A stretch of 64,000 nucleotides of DNA, taken from contig CAWIEK010000045.1 of the NCBI GenBank assembly GCA_963835065.1, forward strand, positions 83,804-147,803, in the 5' to 3' direction. This DNA comes from an uncultured Chthonomonadaceae bacterium (GTDB lineage Bacteria; Armatimonadota; Chthonomonadetes; Chthonomonadales; Chthonomonadaceae). The translations under genes were made by a program, and so were the position numbers. Below are positions 60,464 to 64,000 of the stretch, piece after piece. How positions within the stretch are numbered: the stretch's first letter is position 1; every line of letters begins with the position of its first letter. Under the pieces are notes generated by a model that saw only the letters and a list, made by a program, of their open reading frames with translations, did no database searches and was not told the DNA's origin.

Positions 60464-60905
60464 CCTGTTGCCGCTTCCATCCTCCCGTTTTCGCTCTGCC
60501 AACGACACTCCGCCGAACAAACCGTTCCCATAGTTTTGCCTTTGCCCTAAAACTGCAGTATCTATCCGACTTATGTGTGCATAGTCGCACACGAAACAAA
60601 TTTAACGCGAAAAAGAAGCGGCAGTTGCATCTTGTGTGGTATAATGCTTGTGGAAGCAAAAATGAACTTTTTGGCTCATTGGTACGTCTAATTAGCAAGC
60701 AGACCCTTGCGCGGCAAATATAAGACGCTGGCGCAGGTTTATAGCGGCAAGGCAATTCAGGGAACATGTGTTGGCGTCGAATCGTTGTTTAGTTGAACAC
60801 TGGATTTGCCGATAATGATTTTAACGCGGCTGTCGCGCCGCCCTTGTAAACAGAATCGTCGTTTACTGAGGATAGAGCGCAGGCCGAACAGCAGCCAAAA
60901 GAGCC

Positions 60906-61360
60906 ATGATTACTAAATCGCGCGGCTCGGAATATAAGTGAGAATTCTCGTGAGCAGAATAGCCCCGAAACCGATTATTGCGCGCGTGGCGCAAACCTGG
61001 GATGTGCCGCCCGGCATGAAAATCGCGCTGGTGGAAGACGTGGAAAAGCGCGTCTGGATTGTAGAATCGTGTCCTGCCGGGACGCATTTCTGGTCGCTGG
61101 AACAGGCGCATAGCCTGCCCCAATCCGGCAGGACAGGCCATGCCTTGCGCGCGGCGGTTACGGCGGGCTACGCGCTGTTGTCGGCGCGTGAGCAGGCTGC
61201 GGTGGAAGTTACGCCGCAAATTCCTGTTGCGCCGGTCACTCCCGTACCTTCTGTTATGCCTGCTTACCGTGAGGAACGCCGCGCGTTCGCCAGTCGTGGA
61301 AATGTCGTGCGCCCCCTACGTCAGGCCACGCGCCGTGAAAAATTAGCTTTGTGCGCGTGA
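60906..61360 (+). CDS. Hypothetical protein; likely start ATG 60906 with a 1-bp deletion near 60936 (or GTG 60938)
   Basis: MITKSRGSEYK joins VRILVSRIAPKP if one A is restored. Confidence 0.55.
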
Positions 61361-61476
61361 GGAAGTTGATAGTTTGTAGTTGATAGTTGATAGGGCGTTG
61401 CCGGGTTGAGCAGCGCAGATAGTTGACAGGCCGGAGGCAAATCGCCTTCGGCCTGTTGCTGTTCTTCGTACCTCTC

Positions 61477-62958
61477 CTACAGCAGAGGTTCTTCGTCTGC
61501 CGCGTTGCCTTCTTTGGGTACGGGGCGTTGTGGCGTGAAGCGCGGCAACAGGGCGCGGGGCAGAGTTATCTGCATCTTGCCGCTATGCGCTTCTCGCAGG
61601 GGTACGTCGTTTTCCAGTTGAATGGCGTGGGATTTGGACGCGCCGATGCGCTGCGACAGATAAATGCCCCTGTGCCCCGACACGACATAGCTAATGATAC
61701 AAGCGGCGGCAAGCGGAACGGCAAGCGCGCTGCCGAACAGTTCGATGCCCATAATCGCGCAGGCAAGCGGCGTATTGGCCGCGCCCGCGAACACGGCCAC
61801 GAATCCCAGCGCGGCAAAAAACATGGGGGGTTGACTGGTAAAATGCGCAAAGGCCGCGCCCAACGTTGCGCCGATGCAGAACAGGGGCGTCACTTCTCCA
61901 CCCTTGAACCCGGTTCCGAGCGTCAGCGCCGTGAACGCCAGTTTCCAGGCCCAGGCTGAGGAAGCGACATCGCCTGTCGTCACGCTGCGCGCGATCAGGG
62001 GCAGGCTCAATCCCAAATAGTCCCGCGTTCCCACGAGATACGTCAGAGCTATCACCAGAACGCCGCCCACGAACGGACGCAGCCACGAAACCGCGATTTT
62101 AGCTTTTGCAATCCGGCTGACAGCGTGTGTCAGTTCAGCAAACAGCAGGCTGACGAGGCCAAAGCCAATGGATGCCAGCGCAATCCACGCCCACAACGCA
62201 AATGTTACCGGCGGCATGGCGAGGATGGGATAGGCATAATGGTGGATGCCCCAGGCGCGGCAGACCACATCCCCAACGTAAGCGGCGACAAAGCAGGGAA
62301 CCAACCCCTCGTAACTGATACGCCCCACTATGCTCACTTCCAGTCCGAAAATCGTTCCCGCCAGAGGAGTCCCGAATACGGACCCGAACCCGCCGCTGAT
62401 GCCCGCCATGAGCAATAAGCGATGCTCCTGCCGGGAGAGGCGCAGGGGCTTGCCGACCAGATTGGCAAGCGCGCCACCCATCTGCACAGCCGTTCCTTCG
62501 CGCCCCGCCGAGCCGCCGAACAGGTGCGTAACCACTGTTCCAATCAGAATAAGTGGAGCCATGCGCAGGGGAACCGGATCGTCGGGGTTATGGATGCGCT
62601 CCAGCAGCAGATTGTTGCCGGCCTCGACGGACTTGCCCCAGGCGTGGTACAGGCCGCCGACAATCATGCCGGCAAGCGGCAGCAGCCACAGCAGCCAGCC
62701 ATGCTCCTGCCGGGTTCTCGTCGCCCAATCCAGCGCGGCCAAAAACCCGGCAGACGCGCTGCCGCTCAACACTCCCACCCACGCGCCCAAAACGCCCCAC
62801 TTGAGCAGCGTCCAGGCCAGCGCCAGATGTTCGTCAAAGCGGGCAGGCGGTTGGTTGGCAGGAACAGGAGGTCCGTTGGCAGGAATAAAAGGTTTGCTGA
62901 CAGGCGCAGCAGGCTTGTCCGCATGAGAACGAGGCAATTGAGAAAAGCGAAAGGGCAT
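61477..62958 (-). CDS. eriC: CLC-F type fluoride/proton antiporter
   Basis: CLC-F signatures GNNLL, GREGT, GEVTP; fluoride riboswitch upstream. Confidence 0.9.
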   Translation of the reverse strand: MPFRFSQLPRSHADKPAAPVSKPFIPANGPPVPANQPPARFDEHLALAWTLLKWGVLGAWVGVLSGSASAGFLAALDWATRTRQEHGWLLWLLPLAGMIVGGLYHAWGKSVEAGNNLLLERIHNPDDPVPLRMAPLILIGTVVTHLFGGSAGREGTAVQMGGALANLVGKPLRLSRQEHRLLLMAGISGGFGSVFGTPLAGTIFGLEVSIVGRISYEGLVPCFVAAYVGDVVCRAWGIHHYAYPILAMPPVTFALWAWIALASIGFGLVSLLFAELTHAVSRIAKAKIAVSWLRPFVGGVLVIALTYLVGTRDYLGLSLPLIARSVTTGDVASSAWAWKLAFTALTLGTGFKGGEVTPLFCIGATLGAAFAHFTSQPPMFFAALGFVAVFAGAANTPLACAIMGIELFGSALAVPLAAACIISYVVSGHRGIYLSQRIGASKSHAIQLENDVPLREAHSGKMQITLPRALLPRFTPQRPVPKEGNAADEEPLL

Positions 62959-63013
62959 AAGAACACTTCCCTGCATAGCCGCAGGGCGCAGGCGCACCTA
63001 CGGCATGGATTCC

Positions 63014-63117
63014 GTAGGAGTCATCAGCCTGTTCCTGAAAGCGTCCTCAACGCGAAGCAAGCGCAAAAAGGCGTAAATCATGCAGGCGGTTTCACAATGC
63101 GGGCGAACTCCATGCCC
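63014..63117 (-). promoter_or_regulatory. Fluoride riboswitch (crcB motif) with enlarged loop
   Basis: GGGCATGGAGTTCGCCC...AAACCGCCTG-[~51 nt]-CAGGCTGATGACTCCTAC. Confidence 0.85.
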
Positions 63118-63318
63118 GGTTCGCGCTGACGTGGGAGCGTCAGCGTTGCAAAGGTTTTCAGGAATGCCAACAAAGCTCGTCCTGCCGGGTTTGAATACCC
63201 TATCCAGGCCTGCGTTGTCAAGGCCAAGTATGCGCTTGAAGTTGATTGCGCACTTATCAGCAGAACCGAGAACGCGAGATGCGGGTTGGTTGCCGGGTCG
63301 GCGCGGAACTCGATGCGC

Positions 63319-63348
63319 TTGACGTTTGATGTTGCTGACGCGTATAAT
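63319..63348 (+). promoter_or_regulatory. sigma70 promoter of the TA locus
   Basis: TTGACG-18 bp-TATAAT. Confidence 0.65.
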
Positions 63349-63419
63349 CGCTTCAACGCCTCTACAACTTGAAGGCGCACACGCAGATTGCTGCTGAAAG
63401 TAAGAAAAGAGGGAGACAG

Positions 63420-63653
63420 ATGACTTTGACCATAGAGGGCGTTTATACACAGGGCAGAATTGACCTTCTTGCTCCACCGCCCGGTGTTCGTGAAGGACGT
63501 GTCTTGGTAACATTAACGCAGGAGGAACCTGTGCCCGCGCCTCGTTACCTGGTTCGGGGAAAATACAAGTCGGAGCGCCTATCCACGCTGGAAGACTTTG
63601 CCGATGCGGAGTGGCATGGCGAAGAGGAGTTCGATAATCAGTATGGCAGTTGA
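63420..63653 (+). CDS. Putative antitoxin
   Basis: MTLTIEGVYTQGRIDL..PPPGVREGRVLVT; small gene upstream of a PIN-domain gene. Confidence 0.7.
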   Translation: MTLTIEGVYTQGRIDLLAPPPGVREGRVLVTLTQEEPVPAPRYLVRGKYKSERLSTLEDFADAEWHGEEEFDNQYGS

Positions 63654-63677
63654 TGGGAGGAAACAGAGAAAGCCACT

Positions 63678-64000
63678 TTGATCGAGAGCGTTTACGATGA
63701 GTATGTCATAAACGCTCACACGCTGATCTGGTACTTCGAAGATAGTCCACGGATGGGAGCAAAGGCTGGCATTATCATGGATGACTTAAACAGCGCCCTC
63801 TTGCTCCCTGTGATTGCCCTTGCCGAAGTTTGCTGGGCAGTAGAACGTGGCAAATGCGCAATTCCATCCGCAGTAGATTTGCTCAGGGATATAGACGCCG
63901 ACCCGCGTATTACGATTGTTCCTCTGGATCGCGCCATTTTGGATATTTCCCTGACACTGACAGCTATCGGCGAAATGCACGACCGCCAGATTGCCGCAAC
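63678..64000 (+). CDS. PIN-domain (VapC-like) toxin, partial
   Basis: Manual translation YVINAHTLIWYFED...PVIALAE...EMHDRQIAA; runs off the window; start uncertain. Confidence 0.8.
   Translation, partial: MIESVYDEYVINAHTLIWYFEDSPRMGAKAGIIMDDLNSALLLPVIALAEVCWAVERGKCAIPSAVDLLRDIDADPRITIVPLDRAILDISLTLTAIGEMHDRQIAA

Overview
GC-rich bacterial chromosomal window, most likely Armatimonadota (inferred from the '[19 protein letters not shown]' DUF1559 prepilin-like protein and overall gene content). Housekeeping content: pdhABC, surE, the ABC-F gene ybiT, a sugar ABC transporter, oxidoreductases, S9 and M28 peptidases, two tRNA-Met genes, and a fluoride riboswitch with a CLC-F exporter. An ~8 kb degraded accessory island (36.2-44.0 kb) ends at tRNA-Met. 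The most unusual signals are: (1) an ECF sigma factor fused to a membrane-less PilC/GspF module; (2) five dispersed membrane proteins sharing a triple 'L[LV]R[AP]' C-terminal tail; (3) a duplicated ~250 bp cassette with an ECF-type promoter, an 8-codon Pro-stop ORF and a 94-nt near-identical structured core; (4) inverted heptamer arrays that fill operon junctions from stop codon to RBS, with related heptamer units also found in frame inside a CDS; (5) two MITE families, one interrupting a HipA-like kinase. Several genes carry 1-bp frameshifts that look like long-read assembly errors. All family calls are from motif recognition only; no searches were run.
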